Origin: Octopus sinensis
Lineage: Eukaryota
Length of the DNA: 64,000 nt
NCBI RefSeq assembly: GCF_006345805.1
Contig: NC_043000.1
Location: forward strand, 7,130,001-7,194,000
Direction: 5' to 3'
Below, in pieces: positions 27,403-40,403 of the stretch (within the stretch, counting starts at the first letter, position 1; each line of letters begins with the position of its first letter). A program made the position numbers and the translations under genes. A model generated the notes under the pieces. It worked only from the letters and a program-made list of their open reading frames with translations, was not told the origin of the DNA and did not search any database.

Positions 27403-27769
27403 GTGTGTGTGTATATATATATGTATATATACATATATATACGAACATACACATGTATATATATATATATAGTTGGGTTATATTCTGTTAAGAATGCAGT
27501 AAAGTACAGTATAAAGCTCATCCACCTCCAGACTTCACTCAGTGCTATCCAACAGTAGTGTTATACATACTGCCAGCTTTGCATTGGGGCTTCTGTAATG
27601 TGTGAACAGATTACTGAATAACTTGAAGTCAACAAGGAGTAAGTCAACTGAATGACTGGCGGTCAGCAAATGGCAATTTCAAGGGTAACTGACCACGAAG
27701 AATGACTTAGCAGTACAAAGAAATAGACTGGCACACCCTTTAATATGAATTCAGTACTTACCATCCATA

Positions 27770-28478
27770 GTAAAGCGACCTTCCCACTCCACTTATATGT
27801 TTAAAGTAGATAGATTCATCAACAGATTTTCAACCAGGTTAGTGGTCCCAGAGATGCCATCCATGCATAGAGCTGACCAGGCCAACCAGTGCTCTCTATT
27901 GATGAAGGTCCCGTGCCAGCCCCTCTGCATCCTCCAAGGTGACATTGGGCCTCTGGAGATCTTCCCCAATCACATCCTGCCATCTGGTGTGGGGCCTGCC
28001 ACAAGGCTTCTTCCAGCCTGCAGTTGCTGCATCAAATGAGAGTAAAGCCCCAGTAGGATGATGATCTAGCAGAAGATGGAGGACATGTCCATACTAAAGC
28101 ATGTAACGGATAGTTATGAAGTGAGAAGCTGCAGGCTGATGTGTGTGCACATACAGTTCCGTGCTGGAAGCATAATGGTTCCTTCTGTTGTTCTCAATGA
28201 TTCTTTTATTGAAGCCGTTGATCCTCTTTGCCAGGTCTTCGAGAGGTGTCACATTTCTGCTCCACAGAGGGAATTGGAGAGGGTTGATGCATTGTAAATG
28301 CAGAACTTCATCTTCCAGCTCATAGAACAGTGCTGCCAAAGGGGCTTCCATAGGAAGTACATGACCACAGTAGCCAGACCACATCTGTAGCGGATCTCCA
28401 GGATCAGGTCTCCACTGTTAATGACAGTGGAGCCAAGGTACATGAAGGAGCTGACAAACGCCATGACATTGGGGTCAA
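27770..28478 (-). mobile_element. RTE-clade LINE fragment
   Basis: FVSSFMYLGSTV...IYNASTLSNSLCGAE, a degenerate RTE RT C-terminus. Confidence 0.65.
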
Positions 28479-29825
28479 TCATCATCATCAGCATTTAATG
28501 TCCGTTGTCCATGCTGACATGGATTGGATGGTTCGACCTGAGCTGGCAAGGTGGAGAGATGCACCATGCTCCAGTCTGATTTGGCATGGTTTCTATGGCT
28601 GGATGCCCTTTCTGATACCAACCATTTTACAGTGTGTACAGGGTGATTTTATGTGGCACTGCACCAGACTCTTGTAGACCAATTCTCTTCACCACAGAAG
28701 GAATGGCCTGAACACTTCTGCTGTGGAGATCAGATCTTCTTGAGTACAGCAAGGTGCCAGGCATCTTAGTCCCTCGTCATCACATCTGAAAAGTTCAGTG
28801 TTATGAGGTTGTCTTTCAGTATTTCATCTCATGTCTTCTTGGGTCTCCCACTTTCAGGTGCTCCATCTACTTCAGGGGTTGGCACACTTTTTTAACTAAT
28901 CACCCCAAAATATATTTAGTTATGCTGATGTCCTCCTCCTCCTTGATTTGAAAGGAAGAAAATCATAGATTCTTTAAATTCAAAAGGTTTATTGAATCTG
29001 TTTAAATGAATCTATTTACACTGGACGGATGCAGTGTTGCCAGAAGAAACATTTCTGTCATAACAAGAAACATGTTTTTCATATAATTTTACTTGTGTCT
29101 AATGAGTCCTCGTTACCCCCAACAATTTCATTTTTACCCCACATTGGGTAATTTATCCCAGTTCACCGACCCATGATCTACTTAGAGAGATTGGCAATTC
29201 TTTATGGAGCTGTTAGTATCCATGTGCATCACATGACCAAACCACTGCAGTCTTCTCTCTTGCTTTAATATACATACACACATATATATATCCGCAGTCA
29301 CATGTAAAAGGATAAAAGGATATATGTATATATACATATGTGTGTGTATGTGTATATATATATGTATGTATGTTTGTATAAAATGCAGGTGTGGCTGTGT
29401 GGTTCAGAAGTTTGCTTCCCAAACACACAGTTTCGGGTTCAGTCTCACTAATTGGCAATTTGGCTGTCTTCTATAGCCCTGGGCTGACCAAAGCCTTTGA
29501 GAAGATCTGTTAGATGGAAACCAAAAGAAGTCTATCATATACATATAAATATGTGTGTGTGTGTGTATGTGTGTGTGTAAGTGCATGTATGCTTGTGTCA
29601 CCTCATCTTGACATTATGTGATTGTTGTAAATGAATGTCATTCATTTCCAATATTCTACAAAAACATTTCTAGCTATGGAGATTTTACTTTGCTTGGGAA
29701 ATAGGTAAAGGTGAGCAACAGGAAGGGCATCAGGCCATAGAAAATCTGACTCAATAAACTCTGCCCAACCTATGCAAGCATGGAAAAGCTGAGGTCAAAT
29801 TGATGATACACACACACATACATAC

Positions 29826-30840
29826 ATCATCATCATCGTTTAACGTCCGTTTTCCATGCTAGCTTGGGTTGGACGATTTTGACTGAGGGCTGGCGAACCA
29901 GATGGCTGCACCAGACTCCAAACTTGATCTGGCAGAGTTTCTACAGCTGGATGCCCTTCCTAACGCCAACCACTCCGAGAGTGTAGTGGATGCTTTTTAC
30001 GTGCCACCGGCACGAGGGCCAGTCAGGTGGTACTGGCAATGACCTCGCTTGAATCTTTTTACATGTGCCACTGGCATAGGTGCCAGTGAAGCGACGTTGG
30101 TAACGATCACGCCTGAATGGTGCCCTTTTATGTGTCACGGGTACGGAAGCCAGTTGGCTGCTCTGGCAACGATCACGTTTGGATGGTGCTCTTGGCACCC
30201 TACTAGCACAGGCATAAGTGCCAGTAAGGCAACGCTGGTAATGATCATACTCGAATAGCCGCTCTGTCAATGATCACACTCGTATGGTACTCTTTACACC
30301 CCGCTAGCACGGATGCCAGTCATCGAACTGATTTTGATTTTGATTTCGCTTGCTCAACAGGTCTTCGCAAGCAGAGTTTAGTGACCAAAGAAGGAAAAGG
30401 TACGCATAAACGGGCTGGTTACACCCCTGGCATAGGCCACGAGGTTATGGTCTCATTTGGCTTGCTGGGTCTTCTCGAGCACAGCATATTTCCAACAGTC
30501 TCGGTCACTAGTCATTTCCTTGGTGAGGCCTAATGTTTGAAGGTCGTGCTTCACCACTTCATCCCAGGTCTTCCTGGGTCTACCCCTTCCACAGGTTCCC
30601 TCAACTGCTAGGGTGTGGCACTTTTTCACACAGCTATCCTCATCCATTCTCACCACATGGCCATACCAGCGCAATCGTCTCTCTTGCACACCACATCTGA
30701 TACTTCTTTGGTCCAACCTTTCTCTCAAGGTACTTACACTCTGTCGAGTAAGCATACTAACATTACACATCCATCGGATCACACTGGCTTCATTCCTTGC
30801 GAGCTACGCATGTCCTCAGCAGTCACAGCCCATGTTTCAC
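29826..30840 (-). mobile_element. RTE LINE 3' fragment
   Basis: ORF 30453-30782 (ERRLRWYGHV, GRGRPRKTWDEVV), a repetitive 3' UTR and a (CAT)n tail. Confidence 0.88.
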
Positions 30841-30844
30841 ATAC

Positions 30845-30881
<37 letters not shown>

Positions 30882-30882
30882 T

Positions 30883-31830
30883 ACAGTATCAGGCTTATCT
30901 ATGCAATTATGTCCCACCGACTTTGTTTCCTCATAACTCCCAGAAAAAAGGATATTTTTTAATGAAATTTTCTACAAATACACTTCTGATGGTATAGATT
31001 CTGATTATATCGGAACGTGTGAAAAACACTTCCGTGGTGGGGATAGGAGTCTCAGAGAATTCATACGAGTCGGCTCTATTTCTTAAAAAATGTTTATTTT
31101 TCGATGAAAATTCCTACCAATGCATTATTTACATTTGGCGGATATTTGTCCTCATCTTGTTTGTTGTTAACACAACGTTTAGGCTGATATACCCTCCAGC
31201 CTTCATCAGGTGTCTTGGGGAAATTTCGAACCTGGGTTTTCATTCCTATCAGCCGAAACGTTGTGTTAACAAACAAGATGAGGACAAATATCCACCAAAT
31301 ATAAATAATGTACATAATTCCTCATCTCTTAAATGTAGAACTCCTACCAATACGTTTCAGAGTGTGTAAGTTACGATTATATCAGAATTTTTACGTAAAA
31401 AGAAAAATGGTGAGCAGGCACACATACGTACTGACACACATCACAATTTCTTTTCAAAATTTCGAATTTCAGTTTCTAGATATATGTCTCGTGTGTCAGC
31501 ATGTACTTGTGCGAGCTCACCATTTTTTTTTCTTCAAATCAAATCGTAATCTACAGACTCTGAAAAGTACTTGTATAATATTACTAATATTACATTAAAA
31601 AAATACCAATTTTTCTGAAAGGTATGGTGAAACAAAGCCTACTCGTGCGAATTTTCCGAAACACTTCTTATCTATGGAAAAAAAACGTTTCACAACAAAT
31701 TCCGATTTAATCAGAATCTACACCATTAGAAGTGTATTTGCAGAAAATTTGATAAAAAAAAAATTCAATCCATTTTTTCTGGAGGGTATGAAACGTAGAT
31801 GAGTGGGGCACAATTGTGTAGGTATGCCGT
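30883..31830. mobile_element. Foldback/MITE-like DNA element with degenerate ~130-bp inverted termini
   Basis: 30930-31015 (cagaaaaa...aaattttctacaaatacacttctgatggtatagattctgatta) is inverted at ~31700-31790. Confidence 0.6.
31121..31312. repeat. Penelope-like palindrome with a mutated hammerhead core
   Basis: Arms 31121-31190 and 31247-31312 are inverted. The minus strand reads CTGATGA-a-ggctg...cagcc-TAAAC-gttg, while the plus arm keeps cagccGAAACgttg. Confidence 0.7.
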
Positions 31831-31887
31831 AATTATCATGCATATACAAAGTGGATTTCTTACTATTACCACTAAGATATTGTTTGA

Positions 31888-32125
<238 letters not shown>

Positions 32126-32504
32126 TGCACATTATATATACTCCATGCACATCAATCATAGAAGAGTTGTCCACCAAACAAACAATCCCGACGTTATGAA
32201 TGCTTTAATAAGTAAACTCTACGATCGATTAAAAAAAAAACGGTTTTTTTCTTTTTCTAAGAAAAAAATATTTTTGCAAAATCTTAAAAGCGAAACCAAA
32301 AAGAAATTCTCTGATTAACTTTGTTGTATTTTCTTAACAGTTGTCTGTAATAAAAAAGTTATCAGCGTGTCGTGAGTTTGGTGAATACGAAGAAAGACAG
32401 AAGAAAGATTATTTTCAATTAATTTTCCTTCAGCATATGATTATTAGAGAAGATTAAGAAGTGCTCACGAAAGCAAGTTGTAATTGAGTAATAATAAATA
32501 GAAC

Positions 32505-32580
32505 CTGGTAGCGACTTGACGTGAATCATTCCAATAATAATAGTTTTTGATCGTTGAAAAAGTTTCACAAACGCCTCCAT
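32505..32580 (-). CDS. BtpA/SgcQ-family protein (F13E9.13-like), coding exon 1
   Basis: aaacATG at 32580, encoding MEAFVKLFQRSKTIIIGMIHVKSLP plus G|gttcta (phase 1), which matches the phase-1 exon at 3437. GMIHxxxLPGxP is the BtpA-family signature. Confidence 0.8.
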
Positions 32581-33450
32581 GTTTACATTTGGTGATCGGA
32601 AACGTACGAACGGTTTCCATGTGGTGACTATGGATGTACATACATGGTTGACTATTCAATAGATTTACAACTTATATGACGTCGAACATTTGTTTTGAGC
32701 AATGCAACTTAACGAGACATCAATGTTTATTACATAATTTTAAAAATAAGAACAAATCGGTAACTTGTAATATCGATTACGTTTCAATGAATTAATGATA
32801 TTAAAGAGAGACGCTCTTCCATCCTAGTGTCGTAACCATGGATACGGCTTCTCTATCAGCCAATGAAAATGAAGTAGTAAACCCAGCTAGGTTTCTTGCA
32901 CTGTTATTGTGGTTTGATTTTTTGTATAAAAGTCGCGTATTTTAATACCGCTTAATTTTCAAAACAATTGCAATTTATTCTTTGAGTAATTAGCTATCGA
33001 ACGACATGCAACTTGCCGGGTATTCATGCTTTATTTCTAAAAAATCAATTTTTCTATCACACGTTCTCGCTAACACCATCAAATGTAAACTTGTCTGTTT
33101 ATGGAATTATTCATCAACTTAAGAAACATTTTGATTGAAAAAAAGTTACAAAACCTCTCGAATGACATTCTAAGATGATTTTATGGGTTAAATCTATCAT
33201 TTAGAAGTTATTGAACACATTTAAAATCTAAGAAAAACGAAACTCCAAGCTGCCTTCAATGACTCGGTTGTATGTATCGGAATAATTTGCATCATGTGTG
33301 AAGTACGGTGTCGACCAAACATCAGATTATTGAAAGATTGGAATTTTTGTGATATTAAATTAATATTTTTTGATTTTCTGCATTTTGATAACCATTTACA
33401 TGCGCATTGATAAGGTTGAAATTGGCGGGACTAACTGTGAATGCTGCCAC
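32581..33450. promoter_or_regulatory. Putative bidirectional, CpG-retaining promoter between the BtpA-like gene and cyclin E
   Basis: Lies between divergent genes, is repeat-free and is visibly CpG-richer than its flanks. Contains an E2F-like TTGGCGGGA (33422-33430) and an RFX X-box-like GTAACCATGGATAC (32832-32845). Confidence 0.6.
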
Positions 33451-33569
33451 GGTAGTTCTTTCATTTCACTTCGGTCTACCATCGGGTGCGGACATGGCTT
33501 GCTGCTGTTAGCTTCACATCTTCAATTTGCAGCAACAACTTAGAATATCTTTATTATAATTTATAAAAG
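33440..33569 (+). other. CCNE: Probable non-coding exon 1 of cyclin E
   Basis: Donor aag|gtgaat at 33569/33570 lies upstream of the ttcag acceptor at 33991. The start position is a guess. Confidence 0.4.
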
Positions 33570-34015
33570 GTGAATAATTACTGATGTAACTAATTTAAGA
33601 TTTAATATTGAAGTATTAATCGCCGACGTGGAAGTTTTTTTTTTTTTTTTGCAACAACTAGAGCAATTCATTTTCGACTTAGAATATGTTGCGGTCTTGA
33701 TTATATATTTTTATCATTCCAAAATGTTGAAAGAAAAGAAATTATTAATACTTTATTAACATTCGAAGCCTGTTTTAGCTTTTATTTTTTTAATTATTAA
33801 CTGAGAATAGGCGGAAGTGAAATATTTTCTCGATGGGGGACAACTATAAAGCCATGACAACTTTTGGATAGGGGAAAAATTCCACTTCGGCTTCTACACA
33901 TTTGTTAGAATAACGCTCATAGAAGTATCTTAAAATGATTAATTTTCGACAAGATATTCTTTATTTAATCTTCCTAACCATATAATTTCAGATTTACCGC
34001 TGCTGCGGATTGACT

Positions 34016-34029
34016 ATGCTCTGTAGAAG
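34016..34029 (+). CDS. CCNE: Cyclin E coding exon 1 (MLCRR)
   Basis: ATG at 34016 and AG|gtaagt donor (phase 2), in frame with the next exon. Confidence 0.7.
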
Positions 34030-34137
34030 GTAAGTAGATAACTTAAGTAATATTGTTGCCGCCATTTTCGAACCCGTCTTTCTATGTCACTTCATATTCT
34101 TTACAGTTTTAATAACTTTTTGTTTCATTATTTCCAG

Positions 34138-34204
34138 ATCAAAAGTTAAACCTGCCATGAACAATGTGTTAAAGGCTGATAACAAAAAAAGAAAACCCCA
34201 AGAT
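34138..34204 (+). CDS. CCNE: Cyclin E coding exon 2
   Basis: ttccag acceptor and gtaagt donor. Encodes SKVKPAMNNVLKADNKKRKPQD, with a basic NLS-like KKRK. Confidence 0.75.
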
Positions 34205-34347
34205 GTAAGTATAAATTTATTAATTTCGCCTTATTGCAACCGGTATCAGTGAAGTTAACGTTGGAGGTCTTTGTTCGCTAAGAAGTTATCAGACAACAAA
34301 TGAATGTGATATACGAGTCTTGATACCGATTTTTTTCTAACTTGCAG

Positions 34348-34401
34348 ACTTCTAATGTGACTACAGCGGCTAACAAGAAAAAGCGAAGATATCAAATAAA
34401 G
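34348..34401 (+). CDS. CCNE: Cyclin E coding exon 3
   Basis: ttgcag acceptor and gtaaaa donor. Encodes TSNVTTAANKKKRRYQIK, in frame with the next exon (NQW). Confidence 0.75.
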
Positions 34402-35828
34402 GTAAAATCAACTTAATTTCTTTATTTCACATTTTTTGTAGGTCGTCTTTTAAACTAGTCGTTCTTCGTTCATCGGCAATTTTTCTTTGGCGCCCTCTCA
34501 CTTCGTAATCTGCGTTTTTCACCTAATTTTTATTAATTATTTTACTTAAAACCTTTTCTAAAGTGTAATATAAGGTTTAAAGATAACTTCTATCCAACTT
34601 AATTAAGTACTTAATTGCATGTAAGTAATATTCTTTAACTTTTTCCCCCTTCGTCTCCACTTGGTCACTCCCAGTTCATTTGCAATATTTTTCGTGATCA
34701 TTAAGTCGGGGATCGGATTCCTGCATCTCTTAAAAAAGCTTTATTTCATAATTTTTATCTCTAAAATGCTTCATCTTTTTAGATATAATTTCTTTTTTTT
34801 TTTTTTCATACATTATCTGAAGCTACATTAAATATTTTTCTCGATACCTTAAACCCCTGGACCTTCCTTACACTACGATTGATGATCAATAAAGAGAAAT
34901 CCTCGCTAGAAAATCTTTTTGGATCTTAATCTACAAAATCGTTGTTAAGTAAACTTTATAGAAATTTGCTGTCAGGTTTCCTCTTTTATGTCTTCTAAAA
35001 ACTTCTCAAAGGGAAGACAACATTCACTTGATATATGTATGCCACGTCTTAGATATGAAAAAAAGATATTTATTCACTTGTAATACTCTTTTTATTTTCT
35101 CCTTTACAAAGACTCTTGGAGACTCTTACGAAATTCCGTAACATCTTTTTAGTTTTCTTTAAGGTAGAATGACTTAACAATGCTCTTCAAATATATATTC
35201 CTTATCTCGATTGTTTTCTGTTTTCATATAACCCCCTCCCAATCCGTCTATTTTATATGTGTGTGTGTGATATATTTATATATATATATATTTATATATA
35301 GATATAGATTATACTTTGTGTGTGTGTGTGTGAGTGCGTGCGTGCGTGTGTGTGTCTTCTCCCCCTCTCACCATCTATTGTAATTTTTCGAACCTCTCTC
35401 GCTCGGCCACAGCTGTATGTAAATTTTGAGGTTCTGATAAAAGAGCTGACAGCTGCGAGCTTATTATTCCGCCAAACATTGCATTTTTGCGCACTAAAGT
35501 GTTTGAGGCGCAAAAGAGGTTGTATGGCTGCAAGTTGTCAGGTAATGGAAAATGTATTCGTGTATGAATTGGTCAGTTTTTAATATATTGAACTGGAAAA
35601 TACATTTCGATTGATTTTATTTTTCTTTTTCTCTTTTTGTAAGCTCCCGTCATTTCTCACCTTAGTTCATCTGGCAAACGCTTAATACTAAACGGTGAGG
35701 CCGACCCTCCACCACCGCCGCTACCTCGGATGGTCTGTGTATCTAGGTCAATGTTAAGACACCCACACCAGATTGGTACCAAGGAATTTCTTAAGGTTGC
35801 TTGGTTATTTTTAATTTGTATTTTTCAG

Positions 35829-36161
35829 AATCAATGGTTATCGATAATAGATAAACCTATGGTTGCCACTTGTTCCATTGTCCCTGCACCCGAAGATCCT
35901 GGTTCAACAGCAAGTACCAGTAGACATTCCACCCAACCAGAATTAGTTGGCGGCTCTCATTTTCGTTTTCAAAATTTTCTTGTAACTCCAAACAATGCAA
36001 AACATTCGCCCCTTCCTAAACTCAGCTGGGCTGATTCCCATGAAGTTTGGCAGGTTATGTTGGAAAAGGAACACAGTTATACTAAAGATCCATGTATGCT
36101 GGATCGACATCCCTCTTTACAGTCCAAGATGAGGGCAATTTTATTAGATTGGCTTATTGAG
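35829..36161 (+). CDS. CCNE: Cyclin E coding exon 4
   Basis: SPLPKLSWADSHEVW...HPSLQSKMRAILLDWLIE (MRAIL cyclin box), canonical splice sites. Confidence 0.95.
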
Positions 36162-37783
36162 GTGAGTTTATGAATCATTAAGAAAAGAAATTGATGATTG
36201 CACCCTACACAATTTGATTTTTTTTAAATAGTTTACTTTTGGGGGTTTTGATTAAGTCTTGGAAACTGGTATTTGAAGAATTTTGAATATCCTGTAAGAT
36301 TATGCTTTCCAGCTTGTTAACCTGCATACTGTAGCAGTATTTGGGTTGCATAGCTGTGCATATTCAGAAGTGGAATGCAAAGTGCCACTTCTGTAAAGAA
36401 ACTCAAATATGGATATGTGTGTGTAAGAGGGACTCGTTTTTGGTTTTGTGTATTATGAAGAACTAGCAGCCAACTGATGGAAGAGAGTAATCTTGAACTC
36501 TTTAGCTTTCAGACTACTCTCTCTATTGCAGTTATTCATTCATGCTGTTTCGAATTCGTCACACATTACCTTGCAGTTATAAAATTTCAGTGACTTAATA
36601 ATTTTTTAGAATGACCGAGTTTAGGTGTGTAAGAGGCTGGTTTAAACATAAAATGGGTAGAATATTTGGGCCAGATGTATCCAGTTTAGATACTAATGGG
36701 TTGAGGAATAATGATAGCCATGTCATCAGTACTTTGTATTTGGTGTGGCTGGCATTTTGTTGCATGGTATAAAGCAGCAATATGAACCGACTTGTTCATT
36801 TAATACTATGAAGCACAAATAATTAGCTCCCATAGTTCAGTTTATTGAGGCAAATTTTCTGTGGCTGGATGCCTTTCCTGTTGCCAACCCTTACCTGATT
36901 CCAAGCTAGATAATATTTTCTCATGGCCAGACATGTCTTTGCAGAATATTGGAAATAAACGACATCTATTTATAACAATTGCTCCTTGTCAAAAAACACA
37001 TTGTGACATAGACAATGGGCTTTTTTCAGTTTGTCTATCAAGTCCATCGACAAGGTTTTGGTCAGTCCGGGGCTGTAGGAGATATTTGCCCATAGTGAGA
37101 CTGAACATGGAACTATGTAGTTGGGAAGCAAATTTAAATATTTTTAGATATATTTAACAACTTACAGGCTTGACTTTTCTCTCCTCCAAACTGTCCTGGA
37201 AAATAAATCTACCTTAGAAACACATGGTCTGACCTAAGAGGGGACCTACCAAAATGAAAGTAAGCCTTATAGAATGCATTTTCATGCCTTCAAATATAGT
37301 AAATAAAGCAAGATAGCTGCAATTTTAAATTCCCCACTACAAAAAAAAAAACCTATGTATGTCATACTGTCTTGCAGTGACTTAGATCTTAGCTGTGTCT
37401 AATACATTTGGCACATTGCTCAGTGAAATTGTGGTTGAAGCACATTAGCTTAGGAAGTTGGGCTGAGTGTATTCTGAGAACAAACCAATTCTATGTCCAT
37501 TTTTAAAATAGATATTGAATCGAAGACTGATAATCGGTTTTGATCATGAAACTAAATGTTCACTTCTCAAGGTGTCCAGTATTGAGTGGCTTTACTGTAT
37601 TTAGAAGTTGGAATCTTTTGTTTTTTGGGAACATTGTTATAAAATGAATGTAATTAAAGCTTTTGAGTGGGTGGTGGGAAGGTTGTTGCTTTATGAGTTG
37701 AGATGTACTGAATGTTGCTTGTCACATGGTAATTGTTTATTTTTGGTTGCATAATTTGAAGTTTTTTTCTGATTTATTTTCAG

Positions 37784-37930
37784 GTGTGTGAAGTATATAA
37801 GTTACATCGAGAGACCTACTATTTATCACTCGATTTTATAGATCGTTATTTGTCAAAAGAAAAGTGTGTGATTAAACATCAACTTCAACTTATAGGAATC
37901 ACTTCACTGTTTATTGCAGCCAAGTTAGAG
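37784..37930 (+). CDS. CCNE: Cyclin E coding exon 5
   Basis: [22 protein letters not shown]...[16 protein letters not shown], canonical splice sites. Confidence 0.97.
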
Positions 37931-38615
37931 GTGAGTTTTCTAAATTATTTTTTAAAATTTACAAAATTACACATCTCAGTTGGAGAGTTAGCTGTTAATT
38001 CTTCAAGCTGACTTTTCAAGCTACTCAATCCCATGTTAACCCACTTAGTACCATCTTTATTAAAGTTTATATAGTTATATATATATATAAATATATACTT
38101 TGGGTATGGTAGATGAGTTCAGCAAAAATTTAGATTCAGATGAATATGGTACTTAATTTAAGGCTCCAGAATTTAGTACGGTATTATCTATATTAAAATA
38201 AGCAACAAGGATATCCAAAGGTAATTGCTTGTTGTTTATTTTGATTTTATATATATGTATCTATATATGTTTACATCTCTATAACTTAGCAGTTCAGCAA
38301 AAGACACCGATAGAATAAGTACTAGGGGTCGATTTGCTCAACTAAAGGCGGTGCTCCAGCATGGCTGCAATCAAATTACTGAAACAAGAGTATATATAAA
38401 ACTTGAGCTAAATTTCTTCAGTTATTATCTGGACAAAACTGGAAGATATTAGTCTAGTCTTATGAAGCTCTGAGCCATGATAGGATTAGATTAATGTATG
38501 AGCTAAGTTTCTCAGAGCAAGGGGAAATTTTAGTTTCCTTTATTTTTTGTTAATAGTGAAAATGAAACAAAGGCTAGTAAAATTAAATATCGATTTTCCT
38601 AAATTGCTATTTCAG

Positions 38616-38711
38616 GAAATTTATCCTCCAAAACTTTCCGATTTTGCTTATGTCACTGATGGTGCTTGTTCTGATGCAGAAATCTTGAACCAAGAACTAG
38701 TTATGCTAAAG
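38616..38711 (+). CDS. CCNE: Cyclin E coding exon 6
   Basis: EIYPPKLSDFAYVTDGACSDAEILNQELVMLK. Confidence 0.97.
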
Positions 38712-38812
38712 GTAGGTTTGCTTTTTTAAACTCTTCAAATTCCATTCAACTTTTTTTTTCATTTTGTTACCTGTTGCATTGCCTTAATTTTGATTTTCAT
38801 TATTCATTTCAG

Positions 38813-38953
38813 GTGCTGAGTTGGGACTTGTCTCCGATGACAGTGACTGCTTGGTTAAATGTCTACCTTCAACTTGTTAATGTTGATAAAATAGCCGAAG
38901 ATGGTTTTGACTTCCCACAATATTCCTCAAATGTTTATATTCAAATAGCACGG
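38813..38953 (+). CDS. CCNE: Cyclin E coding exon 7
   Basis: VLSWDLSPMTVTAWLNVYLQ...PQYSSNVYIQIAR. Confidence 0.95.
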
Positions 38954-39095
38954 GTAAGTTCTATATTACTGGGGAAATTCCTAATTTGGATACTTCACTT
39001 TGTATTTGCTTGCAAATTGTTGTAGCAATGTTTTGCTTATTATTCAGTGTAAAACTGATCTTTTATTTACATCTTAATCTTGTTTTTCTTTGCAG

Positions 39096-39207
39096 TTAAT
39101 AGATTTGTGTATGTTAGACATTTCTTGTCTGCGCTTTACAAGCAGTGTGATAGCATCCTCAGCCTTGTATCATATGGCTTCCAAGTCTGTAGCATTAGCA
39201 GTGTCAG
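39096..39207 (+). CDS. CCNE: Cyclin E coding exon 8
   Basis: LIDLCMLDISCLRF...ASSALYH...VSG, 112 nt, phase 0/1. Confidence 0.95.
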
Positions 39208-39415
39208 GTAAATTTTACCCACTTTTTAAAATATTTTTTATTGGTTTTCACTTTTTGATCTTAGTAGTGGTAGAATAGGTTTCAATTTTACAGATATAAG
39301 ATTCTTTGCTCCCAGAACCTTTAGGGAATGTTTTAATCTGTGTTCCACCTCTACCACCATTGATTTAATGCTCTTATTTTCCCTTCCTTTAATTTTTCTT
39401 TCTTGCTTATTTCAG

Positions 39416-39573
39416 GATTATCCATGACCGATTTGCTTCCCTGTATACAATGGATGAACCCCTATGCTATTACACTTCGCGAGGCAGGTCCAGTAGAACT
39501 GAAGTTTTTTCCAATGGTGCATATTGATGATAGTCACAATGTTCAGACACATGCTGTTGATCTAGATTTGTTG
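39416..39573 (+). CDS. CCNE: Cyclin E coding exon 9
   Basis: CIQWMNPYA...DDSHNVQTH...LDLL, 158 nt, phase 1/0. Confidence 0.95.
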
Positions 39574-40403
39574 GTAAGTTTTAATTGCAAGTTTTTGTTC
39601 TCTCTCTGATAATGTGGAGGTGCACCTAGTGTTATCCACTTGTGCTATACCCCTGAATTCAGCTGATTGTGTACCTGCAAGATACCCTATGCATTATTCA
39701 CATCAGCTGTTGTTTGCATCTTTCATCAGTTTCTAGTGAAAAAACTGCTGCTGGTTGTGTAATTAGTACATTAATTAAAGTGCTAGGGATGATGATGATG
39801 TTGGAGCCTATTTTTCCATTACTGGGCTTTCAGTTTACTTTGATTTGTACTGTGACCTTATTACATTAGGTGGGGCAGTGCTCAAAATTTATGCTGGTGT
39901 TCTTAGGCATTGGTGCAGGTTTGCTAAAGCAGTTTGGTGATTGAGCCTTATCACCACTGATTTAATGCTTTTTCCATATTTGCTCAGATCAGATGGAATT
40001 TGTTATAGCAGGTTCTCAACTGCTGGATGTCCTTCCTTTTTCTAGGCATAGTTCTATCTCCCCATGGCCAGGCATCTTGTGACAAATATATACATTCACA
40101 TGCATGTGTAATATATATCCTCCTGACCCGGCATGTTTTTAGTGGAAGATTGGATATTTCTTAGTGACCATCGTGGAAGTTCAAGACAGGGACACATACA
40201 AATGGGCTTCCTTTTAATTTCCATCTACTAAATCCATTCCCAAGGGTTTAGTCAGCATATTATTATAGCGGAAGCCACTTGCCATGATGTTGCAGTGACA
40301 TGTTTGTGAATTTTGCACATTTTTAAAATTATTTTTCCTTCTGAAGTTATCTGACACTTGGTTTGGTGTTCATTCATATATCTTTTTTTTTTGTTTGTTT
40401 CAG

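Noticed and set aside
35730-35828. ORF-track N-terminus MVCVSRS... of cyclin E
   Set aside because: Intronic read-through upstream of the ttttcag acceptor at 35828. The upstream micro-exons give a more plausible N-terminus.
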